Shown here piece by piece: positions 16,140 through 24,599 of a DNA stretch of 56,994 nucleotides. The translations under genes were made by a program, and so were the position numbers. The notes beneath the pieces are model-generated. The model searched no databases, was not told where the DNA came from, and worked only from the letters and a program-made list of their open reading frames with translations. The stretch's first letter is position 1. Each line of letters begins with the position of its first letter. Location of the stretch: assembly GCA_964436545.1 (NCBI GenBank), contig CAYTCJ010000004.1, forward strand, positions 1 through 56,994, read 5' to 3'. The stretch is from an uncultured Candidatus Saccharibacteria bacterium (GTDB lineage Bacteria > Patescibacteriota > Doudnabacteria > UBA920).

Positions 16140-17816
16140 ATGAAATTCATAGAAAATTTACCCATCAATATTAAAAATCAACACCAACTTCTAAATTTAT
16201 TAGCTGAGGGTTATAAAACGCTTAGCAAGGCTTTAATGGAATATATCGACAACTCTTTTGATAGTGCTGACGATTTCTGGGATGGAAAAAAATATTCTAG
16301 GAATATTTTAATTGAGGTTATTGTAGAACGGAGTAAAGGCAAAATTTCCATTAAAGATAATTGTACTGGAATGGATCGTCAACAAATCAAAGGACTGGCA
16401 AATAGCATTAACGAATCTGAAAAGAAAAGGAGAGAACAAAAAAGAGCCTGGGTGAACGGACAGTTTGGCTTAGGAGCACATGCCTTCAGATTTTTCGCCC
16501 AATCAATAACTGTGGCATCAAAGACTATTAATAATAGTCAGGTAGCTATTAACATAGATAGGGACGAGCCAAATGGCCGCCTTGTAAGTATTGATGACGT
16601 AGAATTTTCATCTACGGGTACTCTCGTAGATTTAAACGATATTGATCGAAAAGATCTTAAAAATCTGAACCTTGAAGAATTACAGAAAGATATTCAGACA
16701 TATTTTGAAATGTTACTGAGAAGGAATGTTCAAGTTACGGTTGTAGATAAAGATTCTGGAAAGGAATTAATCTGCATACCTTTTAATTATGATTCCGTAG
16801 ATGGAATTCCAATAATAAAAGTAATATCTATGTGGAACGAGGGAAAAACCAAGGTTGCGACTGAAGAGGGCAAGGGCGTTCTTGTAAATCTTAAAGTATG
16901 TACGCAAAAAATAAATAGGCCTCCCTTCTTTTCAAGAAAAGGAAGAAGAATAAACTATATTGCTCATATGGATTCTTTCATGAGGCGCACCGAGCATAGA
17001 AAAAAAGTATGGGAGAATTACTACCTTACTGGCTACATTGAAGTTAATGACAATCTTTCACCTGTAATAACAAGGGACGACTTTGAAGGTGGAAAGGGTA
17101 AGACCATGAAAAGAAGTGCAATATATAGCGAGATTGTAAAACTTGAGGATGATATCTATTCCGCTATAGAAACTGTTAATAAAGACAAAAGCAACGAAAG
17201 TTTTAAAACCTTGGCATCCCTACTTTCAGATTTGCTGTCAGACCTGGCCAAAGAAGATATCTTAAGATTGAGATACGAAAGCAATGGAGATAAAAATAAA
17301 AAAGACAATAATCAATTAGTGGAACCTGACGAAAAAAGCGATAAAGTTTTTGAGGTTTTTAAACCTGGAGATCATGGAGAACATGATGTGATTGAAGAAC
17401 ATAACAAGGAAACAATTCCAGCGAAACCATCTACAGAAGGAGTAGAAGGTAGGCAGGTGAATAAAGAAAAGGAGGGGGTACAAATTGCTTTTAGCACTCT
17501 GTTAGCTGATAACCGATCTGCATACGGTGACGGAACCATTACCATATTTACTAATCATAAAGACTTCCAAGAAAGGGCTGGGCATACAACCGAAATGGAA
17601 TTAGGACAGATGAGGATTACACCCAGGCTCGCTAACTATTTGGCGGCAGTAATATCTAGTGAGTATAAGGAGATATTTTACCAGCAAAGGAAATTGGAAC
17701 CTAACAGAAAAAATATATTAGACGAACAAATTGATTTTATTTTTAGGTTTGAAGGTAAAATGAAAGATTATATTAATCAACCCTTAGACGCTATCGGATC
17801 TATCAAGCATGCCTAA
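16140..17816 (+). CDS. GHKL-superfamily (Bergerat fold; HATPase_c_3 / MORC-like) ATPase with a long unassigned C-terminal region
   Basis: 558 aa. N-box EYIDNSFDS, G1 box DNCTGMD, G2 box GQFGLGAHAF. About 380 further residues have no motif that I recognise. Confidence 0.8.
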   Translation: MKFIENLPINIKNQHQLLNLLAEGYKTLSKALMEYIDNSFDSADDFWDGKKYSRNILIEVIVERSKGKISIKDNCTGMDRQQIKGLANSINESEKKRREQKRAWVNGQFGLGAHAFRFFAQSITVASKTINNSQVAINIDRDEPNGRLVSIDDVEFSSTGTLVDLNDIDRKDLKNLNLEELQKDIQTYFEMLLRRNVQVTVVDKDSGKELICIPFNYDSVDGIPIIKVISMWNEGKTKVATEEGKGVLVNLKVCTQKINRPPFFSRKGRRINYIAHMDSFMRRTEHRKKVWENYYLTGYIEVNDNLSPVITRDDFEGGKGKTMKRSAIYSEIVKLEDDIYSAIETVNKDKSNESFKTLASLLSDLLSDLAKEDILRLRYESNGDKNKKDNNQLVEPDEKSDKVFEVFKPGDHGEHDVIEEHNKETIPAKPSTEGVEGRQVNKEKEGVQIAFSTLLADNRSAYGDGTITIFTNHKDFQERAGHTTEMELGQMRITPRLANYLAAVISSEYKEIFYQQRKLEPNRKNILDEQIDFIFRFEGKMKDYINQPLDAIGSIKHA

Positions 17817-18702
17817 AACAACTAATAATTCAGAGGCTATAGATGAAAAAAAGATTGTTGAGTTAATTGATAAATTAGCTCCTCTTAATAATGAATTTAG
17901 ACTAACCGAAGATCCTATAAAAAAAATTGAAACAATGTGGGAATTTGGCAAAGTGCTAGATCAATATTTGAGCATCTTAAAGACTAAACTGCACACCCTT
18001 CTCTATAAGATTTATGACCCTTATAGCAATGTCAAAATGAGCTATATAACCAGAGATGCAGGAAGCTACAGTTACAGAATTTACAAATACTTTTCCGAAA
18101 AAGCAAGTATCAGAACCTTTCTGAACGGTTTAACTAGCTATATGGCTTTCAGAGAAGCAATTCCTTTAATATTTAACCCCTCGTATAAACTAGATGAACA
18201 AGCTAAGCAGCAAGTTCTATATCTTATTAAATCTGACCAAAGTTCTCAAGCCATAGTTGATAAGCTACGCTTACTAAAAAAACAGATTAAACCCATAAAT
18301 AATCCGAGAAACCAAAACGCGACAGCTTATGATAAACAAAAAGAATATTTGGATAAATTGGAATCAGATCTAAAAACTTTTTACCTCAATAATAATAATT
18401 TACCAGAGGAAAAGATTATCAACAAAACATTTTATGGCCCGATAGAAAGACAAAATATAGTATCGATATTAATGGCCTTAGCCAGTGATTCTTTAGTAAG
18501 CCAGTTAAAAAATATACAAAAAGAAAAGTTAAATATAAATGATCAAGAGTTATTTGATATAGCCTCTAGTAATAATATGAGCAGATCTCGTTTTAGAAAA
18601 TGGGTGAAATCACACACTGAGCTACTTAGGTTATCTGAAGCTATACATTCTCTAAATGACGAAAATAATTATAAATTTTTTAGAACTAAGTTTATTAACT
18701 AA
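17809..18702 (+). CDS. Hypothetical 297-aa protein (predicted mostly helical), translationally coupled to the GHKL ATPase
   Basis: ATG overlaps the upstream stop (ATGCCTAA). Uninterrupted ORF in the operon frame context. No recognisable motif. Confidence 0.7.
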   Translation: MPKTTNNSEAIDEKKIVELIDKLAPLNNEFRLTEDPIKKIETMWEFGKVLDQYLSILKTKLHTLLYKIYDPYSNVKMSYITRDAGSYSYRIYKYFSEKASIRTFLNGLTSYMAFREAIPLIFNPSYKLDEQAKQQVLYLIKSDQSSQAIVDKLRLLKKQIKPINNPRNQNATAYDKQKEYLDKLESDLKTFYLNNNNLPEEKIINKTFYGPIERQNIVSILMALASDSLVSQLKNIQKEKLNINDQELFDIASSNNMSRSRFRKWVKSHTELLRLSEAIHSLNDENNYKFFRTKFIN

Positions 18703-18711
18703 TCAAAAGTT

Positions 18712-19509
18712 ATGGCTAGAAATACTAAACAACCAGTGTTGCGCCAAGCAAACTTTTCATACGATGAAATGGAAGCAGTGATACCCAAAATAGAACGCAG
18801 GATTGCTGATATTGATGAATTTGATGTAAATTTAATTCATGACAGGAGTGATCCAAAAATAGGTACTTTACGTTTAAAACTTGAAACATTATTAGCTAAT
18901 ATTTTTGGGGCAGATACTGTAGAATACGAACGTTACCATTGGGACATGACCTATCTTGATAGAGCCCAGGTTAATATGATGTATGCAACACCAATAGAGG
19001 AAGTTAGAGAAGGTCTACAGCTTGGACTCTCTAAAGCTAAAGCACAATTAGTAGCAATCAAGCAAGGATTTTTAGAAGAATTGGAGGACGCAGGTCGAAC
19101 TACATCAGGTAAAACTCTAAAAGCTTATGAGGGTCTAGAATTACATCCAGCCATAGAACGTGCCTCCGGTCAGCTATTTAAAAACGGCCACTATGCAAAT
19201 GCTATTGAGGATGGTGTTAAAGCTTTAAATGCTTTGGTCAGATTAAATAGTGGCGTAGACGATAAAGACGGAATGCCGCTTATGGAATCCGTATTTAGTC
19301 CAAAGAGTCCTGTCTTGAAATTTAATGCTTTGGCTGATGATTCAGATATTGATGAACAAAAAGGGTTTATGATGATGTTTTCTGGTGCAGTTGCAGGGCT
19401 TCGAAATCCACGTGCGCATAAAATTATCAAAGATGATCCTGAAAAGGCTCTTGAATTCATAGCATATATTAGTTTGTTAGCAAAGCTAGCAGATAAAGCA
19501 AAAAAGTAA
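18712..19509 (+). CDS. TIGR02391 (Hypoth_Ymh)-family domain protein with an unassigned N-terminal half
   Basis: 265 aa. The C-terminal half (LHPAIERASGQLFKNGHYANAIEDGVKALNALVR...GMPLM...EQKGFMMMFSGAVAGLRNPRAHK) fits the TIGR02391 signature, ending in RNP.AH. Confidence 0.7.
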   Translation: MARNTKQPVLRQANFSYDEMEAVIPKIERRIADIDEFDVNLIHDRSDPKIGTLRLKLETLLANIFGADTVEYERYHWDMTYLDRAQVNMMYATPIEEVREGLQLGLSKAKAQLVAIKQGFLEELEDAGRTTSGKTLKAYEGLELHPAIERASGQLFKNGHYANAIEDGVKALNALVRLNSGVDDKDGMPLMESVFSPKSPVLKFNALADDSDIDEQKGFMMMFSGAVAGLRNPRAHKIIKDDPEKALEFIAYISLLAKLADKAKK

Positions 19510-19519
19510 TAACTTTATT

Positions 19520-20239
19520 ATGAGTCATGAAAGTAATATAGAATATATTGAATCTTTACTTACAGAATCCTATAGTCAAGAAGAAACAAGTGTAATACCG
19601 AAAAGAAATGATTTAACTTTCGGAAATACAATCAAAAAGATTAAACACGCTGTGATTCTTTATATTGACATGAGAGGATCAAGAAAAATAATTCAAGATG
19701 CTACTACTTTTTGGAGCATTAAAACACATAGAGCATTCTTGCAAGCTATCATTTATTGCGTAGAAAATAGAGAAGGTCATTTTAGAAGTTTTAATGGAGA
19801 TGGGGCGCTTGCGTTTTTTGTTGGAGAGAATGCAGCCTCAAGAGCAGTTAGGACTGCTTTGGATATAAAAGCGTACGTGAGGAAAATAAATGAGACCTTG
19901 CTTATTTCAATAGACAAAGAAATTGATTTTGGTATAGGGATAGCTCAAGGAGGCGTATCGGTAGCTAAGAGCGGAAACAAAGGAGATGATGCTACTAAAC
20001 AAGATTTAGTATGGGTTGGCCTTCCTGTATATCTTGCGGTTGAGCTTAGCGACTACGGAAGGAGTCCAAACAACATTTGGATAAGCCCGAATGTAAGAAG
20101 TGCCATAGGTAAACAGGATTGTTTAAATGTAGTTTATAATGGTAACGATAGCATTTGGATGAAAGTATCAAAAAAATTTAAATCAGTTGGTGAATATGAG
20201 GTAAGATATACAAGTTATTATTCTACTATTTTTGAATAA
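19520..20239 (+). CDS. pycC: Class III nucleotidyl cyclase-fold protein, Pycsar PycC-like
   Basis: 239 aa. Metal-binding motifs ILYIDMRGS and FNGDGALAFF, then IGIAQGGV...G and VWVGLPVYLAVELSD (corresponding to G..VN.AaR). Immediately followed by a Pycsar-type TM effector gene. Confidence 0.7.
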   Translation: MSHESNIEYIESLLTESYSQEETSVIPKRNDLTFGNTIKKIKHAVILYIDMRGSRKIIQDATTFWSIKTHRAFLQAIIYCVENREGHFRSFNGDGALAFFVGENAASRAVRTALDIKAYVRKINETLLISIDKEIDFGIGIAQGGVSVAKSGNKGDDATKQDLVWVGLPVYLAVELSDYGRSPNNIWISPNVRSAIGKQDCLNVVYNGNDSIWMKVSKKFKSVGEYEVRYTSYYSTIFE

Positions 20240-20240
20240 T

Positions 20241-20714
20241 ATGAATAAATACAACGATGAATTAAATCGAACTGTGGAATTTATCAAGCTAGCAGATGCT
20301 AAAATCGGCTATGTTTTAACAGTATATTTTGTAATTTTTGGATTATGGGTAGGAAAGTTCGATTATATAAAATCTCACCACAATGCTCTAAATCTTATAT
20401 TCTATTTTATTTCTCTATATGTTGCCACGACGCAAGCTTACTATATACTAAAATCTTTATCACCTTCTCTTTTTATAAAAAATATTGTTAAAAACTCTGT
20501 TATTTATTATGGAGATATCTCCAAACTCGATATTAACACTTATAAAAAAATGAGGATGGATTTAGATGAAGCAAATTTAGATCAATTATACCTAGATCAA
20601 ATTTTTATAAATTCGATTATAGTATCAAATAAGATGAAAAGCGTAAAAACATCTATTCTTTTGATGTTGCTATTACTCCTTTTGACCTTTAGTCTTTATT
20701 TGATGGCCAGATAA
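20241..20714 (+). CDS. pycTM: Small multi-pass membrane protein, Pycsar effector (PycTM / DUF5706-like)
   Basis: About 157 aa. N-terminal FIKLADAKIGYVLTV resembles the ..aD.K...ll motif of Pycsar effector-family proteins (recalled from memory). Three hydrophobic helices. ATG at 20241 lies 1 nt after the cyclase stop; the ORF track starts at a TTG at 20232. Confidence 0.6.
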   Translation: MNKYNDELNRTVEFIKLADAKIGYVLTVYFVIFGLWVGKFDYIKSHHNALNLIFYFISLYVATTQAYYILKSLSPSLFIKNIVKNSVIYYGDISKLDINTYKKMRMDLDEANLDQLYLDQIFINSIIVSNKMKSVKTSILLMLLLLLLTFSLYLMAR

Positions 20715-20742
20715 AAGTAATTAATGGATAAGAACATTATTT

Positions 20743-20840
20743 ATATTATTTTGGATAGTCAAAGGGGAAAGTTTACAAAAGATTATTCTTGTATTTCCGC
20801 TGCATTTATGGCTTTGTTGTAAACAGGCTCTAAGGAAGCT
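20743..20840. repeat. About 100-bp imperfect direct repeat, copy A (pairs with 23039-23140)
   Basis: Aligned by eye at roughly nine-tenths identity: ATATTATTTTGGATAGTCAAAG.GGAAAGTTT...GATTATTCTTGTAT.TCCGC...ATTTATGGCTTTGTT.TAAACAGGCTC.AAGG. On the minus strand it reads ...EPVYNKAINAAEIQE-stop. Confidence 0.8.
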
Positions 20841-20935
20841 GAAGTTATTAAATAAAATTTATGCAAAAAACTCTTTAAAATAAGCTATTTTTGCTATAAT
20901 ATTACTACCAACTAATTTATAAAGGCATCCTTTAC

Positions 20936-22960
20936 GTGGATAAAAATGAGAATAAAATTTGTTTAGAGGAAGCTCCTGATTGGACAAAAGAAATTACAGA
21001 AAAAGAATTAGTAGAACTCACCAAAACTACTACGTCTTCAGGCCCCACAAACGAAAACATAACTTGCGTCTGCTTTTTACACAGGCGTGTTTTTCGTACA
21101 TCACCTACGCAAAACGAAGATTATTACGCTTTTGTTTACAGATTAGATACGCCCGAATTGCTTCAGGGTGCTGCTATTAATGACTATCTTATAAATAAAG
21201 AGCAGAGAATGGTACTCCATCGTTTGGGGGTGATCAGGAATGGAGAATATCTTGATAAGCAGCAAGATTCTTTAACAAGAGTTTTAGACGACGAATCTCA
21301 GTCAGCCCAAGGGTCAATTAATCAGCAAAAAAAAGTTCATATAATGGTTAGTGATTTTAGATTAGGTGATGTATTAGTTCTCGAGTATTCGATAATTACG
21401 GAATTTTTAAAAGAAAATTGTATTGACCCCGAATACCTTAGATTCACTCATAACTTTCCCCAGCGCAACTGGTTAACCACAAATTATACTTTTGCTTTCA
21501 TTAATGACCGAGCCCAGGATGTTGCTGTAAAGAAAAGATACTTTAGACATAACAATGGAAAACTTGTTGAAGAAACGAAAGTCATTCACCCAAAGGAAAC
21601 TTTTCTTTTTGAAGAAAAAAACTTTCAAACAAAATTTGGACCAGATGAAATGGCTCCATTTTTTGAAATTGCAACCGTAGCTTCGTGGAAATATGTATAT
21701 AGGTTTCTCCAACAACTCTATAAACCTGCCTTGGAAAAAGATGATTCTAAAATCATAGGTAGTCTATTTAAAATTCTTTTTACGGGAGTTTCAGACGAAG
21801 AAAGCAAAATACGTAAAATTATAGAATATGTTCAAGAGCATATAGTCTACAATTTTGACGCTGATGTCATGCATGGTCATATCCCTCAGTCGATAGATGA
21901 AACGCTTAAGTCTCAAGCAGGAGACTGTAAAGCCAAATCTTTACTTCTAATTAAATTATTGTCCCATTTAGGTATCAAGGCAAAACTTGTTTTGGTAAAT
22001 TATAACCTTGGTTTTTATACAAACCAACAGCTACCTTCCCCATTTGTTTTTGATCACATGATAGCTAAAATATACTTTAAAGATAAAGTATATTTTGCTG
22101 ATCCCACTTGGAAAGGCCAACGTGGAATACTTGAAAAGCGTACCCAACCTTTTGCACCCTATTATTTAGAAATAGGAGGCTCGACAATACTTCAGACAAT
22201 GCCAGAAGAAGATGTAGATTTTTATTTGGAAGAAAATATAAATATTGAAATAAAAAAAGGTGTGGGCAAGCTTCAAGCGAGCACCATATACAGATATGCC
22301 TCTGCTGATAATTTAAGATTAAAACAACGTAATAATAGTAACCTACAACGAGTTCAAGACGAGATAAAATATCACTTTGATAGGTTACAATACCCCGTAG
22401 ATAAACCCATTAATGAATATATTACTGATGCTCAATATAAGATAATAGAAGACAATGAACAATTAAATGAAATAAAAGATCTGTTTACAGCAACACTCCC
22501 TAAACCATATACATCAAACACCGAAGTTTTAAAAATATTTAAATATTATAATAACCTAGATTTAAGTAATCTCAATTTTCCCTTTAACAAGGATGCTATA
22601 CTGGGAAATTTTGTAGATCATTCAAGGAAATTTATTTTAACTGTTCATAGCGATAAATTTTATAAAAGGAATGATCCAGTAACTAGTAGAAATACAGAAA
22701 TTAAGAATGATTATTTTAAATTTAGTAACAAAAAGAAACTGTCATTTAGGACAGTCAAAGTTGTTGCAGAATATAAACCCAAAATTAGCAAACCTATAGA
22801 TCCGAATGACTTGGAGCAATTAAAAAATGATTATGCCAAAATAAATGACAGTAATTTTGGAGTAGGGATAGCATATAAGCCAATCAAGCAATGGCTGATC
22901 TTATTGTTTGTGATTATTTCTTGGGTTGTGATTGGTTTAATTAGCAATCTTAATAAGTAA
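20936..22960 (+). CDS. Transglutaminase-like cysteine peptidase-fold protein (DUF3857-like N-terminal region + transglutaminase core) with a C-terminal TM anchor
   Basis: 674 aa with a GTG start. Cys-His-Asp triad candidates are QAGDCKAKSLLLIKLLSHLGI, FDHMIAKIYF and YFADPTW. The C-terminal hydrophobic helix is WLILLFVIISWVVIGLI. Confidence 0.75.
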   Translation: MDKNENKICLEEAPDWTKEITEKELVELTKTTTSSGPTNENITCVCFLHRRVFRTSPTQNEDYYAFVYRLDTPELLQGAAINDYLINKEQRMVLHRLGVIRNGEYLDKQQDSLTRVLDDESQSAQGSINQQKKVHIMVSDFRLGDVLVLEYSIITEFLKENCIDPEYLRFTHNFPQRNWLTTNYTFAFINDRAQDVAVKKRYFRHNNGKLVEETKVIHPKETFLFEEKNFQTKFGPDEMAPFFEIATVASWKYVYRFLQQLYKPALEKDDSKIIGSLFKILFTGVSDEESKIRKIIEYVQEHIVYNFDADVMHGHIPQSIDETLKSQAGDCKAKSLLLIKLLSHLGIKAKLVLVNYNLGFYTNQQLPSPFVFDHMIAKIYFKDKVYFADPTWKGQRGILEKRTQPFAPYYLEIGGSTILQTMPEEDVDFYLEENINIEIKKGVGKLQASTIYRYASADNLRLKQRNNSNLQRVQDEIKYHFDRLQYPVDKPINEYITDAQYKIIEDNEQLNEIKDLFTATLPKPYTSNTEVLKIFKYYNNLDLSNLNFPFNKDAILGNFVDHSRKFILTVHSDKFYKRNDPVTSRNTEIKNDYFKFSNKKKLSFRTVKVVAEYKPKISKPIDPNDLEQLKNDYAKINDSNFGVGIAYKPIKQWLILLFVIISWVVIGLISNLNK

Positions 22961-23038
22961 GTCTGGAATGTAAATATACTCCTTTGAGTTCATAATACTG
23001 GTTCTGAATTGGTTGGTTATACTGAGATACTATAAATA

Positions 23039-23140
23039 ATATTATTTTGGATAGTCAAAGAGGAAAGTTTTTTCAAGGATTATTCTTGTATCTCCGCAGA
23101 ATTTATGGCTTTGTTATAAACAGGCTCAAAGGTAGGAAGT
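23039..23140. repeat. About 100-bp imperfect direct repeat, copy B (pairs with 20743-20840)
   Basis: See copy A. On the minus strand it reads ...LDNAKPLLELLWQLPTFEPVYNKAINSAEIQE-stop. Differences from copy A are synonymous or conservative, which suggests a decayed gene 3' end. Confidence 0.8.
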
Positions 23141-23186
23141 TGCCAAAGCAGTTCCAGCAAGGGTTTTGCATTATCTAAACAAGAGG

Positions 23187-23270
23187 CTACCAAATAAAAA
23201 TACCGAATTTGTTTCGGTATTTTTATTTGTCCTGAGCGAAGTCGAAGGGCTGTATTTGAGAGTGTTTTTG
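23187..23270. repeat. 84-bp direct repeat, copy 2 (83/84 identical to 15215-15298)
   Basis: See copy 1. The terminator hairpin is at 23196-23223. Confidence 0.9.
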
Positions 23271-23329
23271 TTTTCGGTTCACTAAAAATGGGTGTATAAT
23301 GTTCACTAGAAGAGAATTAACTACAAATT

Positions 23330-24496
23330 ATGAAAAGATTAGTGGAAATTGCCTCTGGTTTAATAAAACGAGTTACAAATGAGCCAGCAGTAGGAGCAGT
23401 AGCAGTAGGAGTAGTAGAAAGAGTGGAAGCCAAAGGCCGGCCTAAAGGACTGGAAAGATACAAGCAACAACTTGAAGGCTTACGGGCTGAATTTGATCGA
23501 GTTTTCGATCCGCAAAAAAGAAATAATACCGAGGATATATATAAAATGGCAAAAAGGATGAAAAGAATGTGTGAGGGGCCACTTTCTGAGTGTGTTTATT
23601 CAGGAGTATTTAGAAGCGAAGGGGGTTTTTTGTCTCCTCAGCAGGGTGAAAACGAAAGGTTAAGAGCGGAAGGTCAACGTAAAACCGCTAACTGGGTTGC
23701 GAGTGTAATTCAAGAATTGGATAAGTGTATAGCCAATATTGAAGAGGTTCTACCGGCTGTAGCCTTTCAAAAAATAAAGACAGAGGTAATCCAATTGGAA
23801 GGGGGTGGGGAGCCAGGTTATACGCCCAACCAAAATCCATGCACTCGGAAATATTTTTCTGAGTTGTCGGCAATGAATAAAAAAGCAAACGAGCGTCTTG
23901 CTCCTTTAAAACATATTAGAGAAGCCTCTACAATTATTCGGCCTGATGATTTGCAACAGATTGGCTCAGTTCGTAGAACATTATTACAAGATCGTGAATT
24001 TTGGCAAGCGATTTTGGAAGATTGTCAATCCACAGATCCCAAAACTTACAATCGTACCACATTGGATAATTTTGATTACATTGAAGTTATGATTATTTTG
24101 GGTATGGTTGATAAGCACGAACGAGCATTTTCTAAAGATGGTCGTTCGGAGGCAGATAAAGGCATGGCTTATATTTTCGGATATGGCTCTGACGGGGGGA
24201 ATCTGAATGCTGAGTTTGATGATGATAAAATAAATACAGAAACAATTCCTGAGTCCTTTGCCGACCCAAAAAAATATTTTGCAAGTTTAAGATTAACTCC
24301 AAAGGAATTAGCAGGAAGGACTGAGAAAGAGGTAAGGGATATATTAAAAAAGCGGTATTACCCTATATGTAAAGAATGCCACCCCGACCTTTATCCTGGC
24401 GATGAGGCAAAAGAGGTGCAATTTAAAAATTTAAGTGAGGCGTACGAAGTACTGCTTGACCCAAAAAAACGAGCTGATTATTTGAGAGGAAATTAA
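23330..24496 (+). CDS. J-domain (DnaJ-like) protein with a large unassigned N-terminal region
   Basis: 388 aa. The C-terminal about 65 aa (RDILKKRYYPICKECHPDLYPGDEAKEVQFKNLSEAYEVLLDPKKRADY) carries the HPD motif and J-domain helices. Confidence 0.75.
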   Translation: MKRLVEIASGLIKRVTNEPAVGAVAVGVVERVEAKGRPKGLERYKQQLEGLRAEFDRVFDPQKRNNTEDIYKMAKRMKRMCEGPLSECVYSGVFRSEGGFLSPQQGENERLRAEGQRKTANWVASVIQELDKCIANIEEVLPAVAFQKIKTEVIQLEGGGEPGYTPNQNPCTRKYFSELSAMNKKANERLAPLKHIREASTIIRPDDLQQIGSVRRTLLQDREFWQAILEDCQSTDPKTYNRTTLDNFDYIEVMIILGMVDKHERAFSKDGRSEADKGMAYIFGYGSDGGNLNAEFDDDKINTETIPESFADPKKYFASLRLTPKELAGRTEKEVRDILKKRYYPICKECHPDLYPGDEAKEVQFKNLSEAYEVLLDPKKRADYLRGN

Positions 24497-24599
24497 ATTA
24501 AATTTAATTGTAAATTGCATTTTGGTTGTTATCCAAAGGCTTCTGAACATTTTAATGATCAGTTTGTACGTTAAGATAACTTATTAGTATTTTTAAAAT

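Larger units (their letters stand above)
15215..23270. mobile_element. Island module 2: about 8-kb accessory segment bounded by the 84-bp direct repeats
   Basis: Flanking direct repeats, a transposase remnant at the left end, visibly more AT-rich than its surroundings, and accessory/defence-type gene content. No intact recombinase lies inside. Confidence 0.4.
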
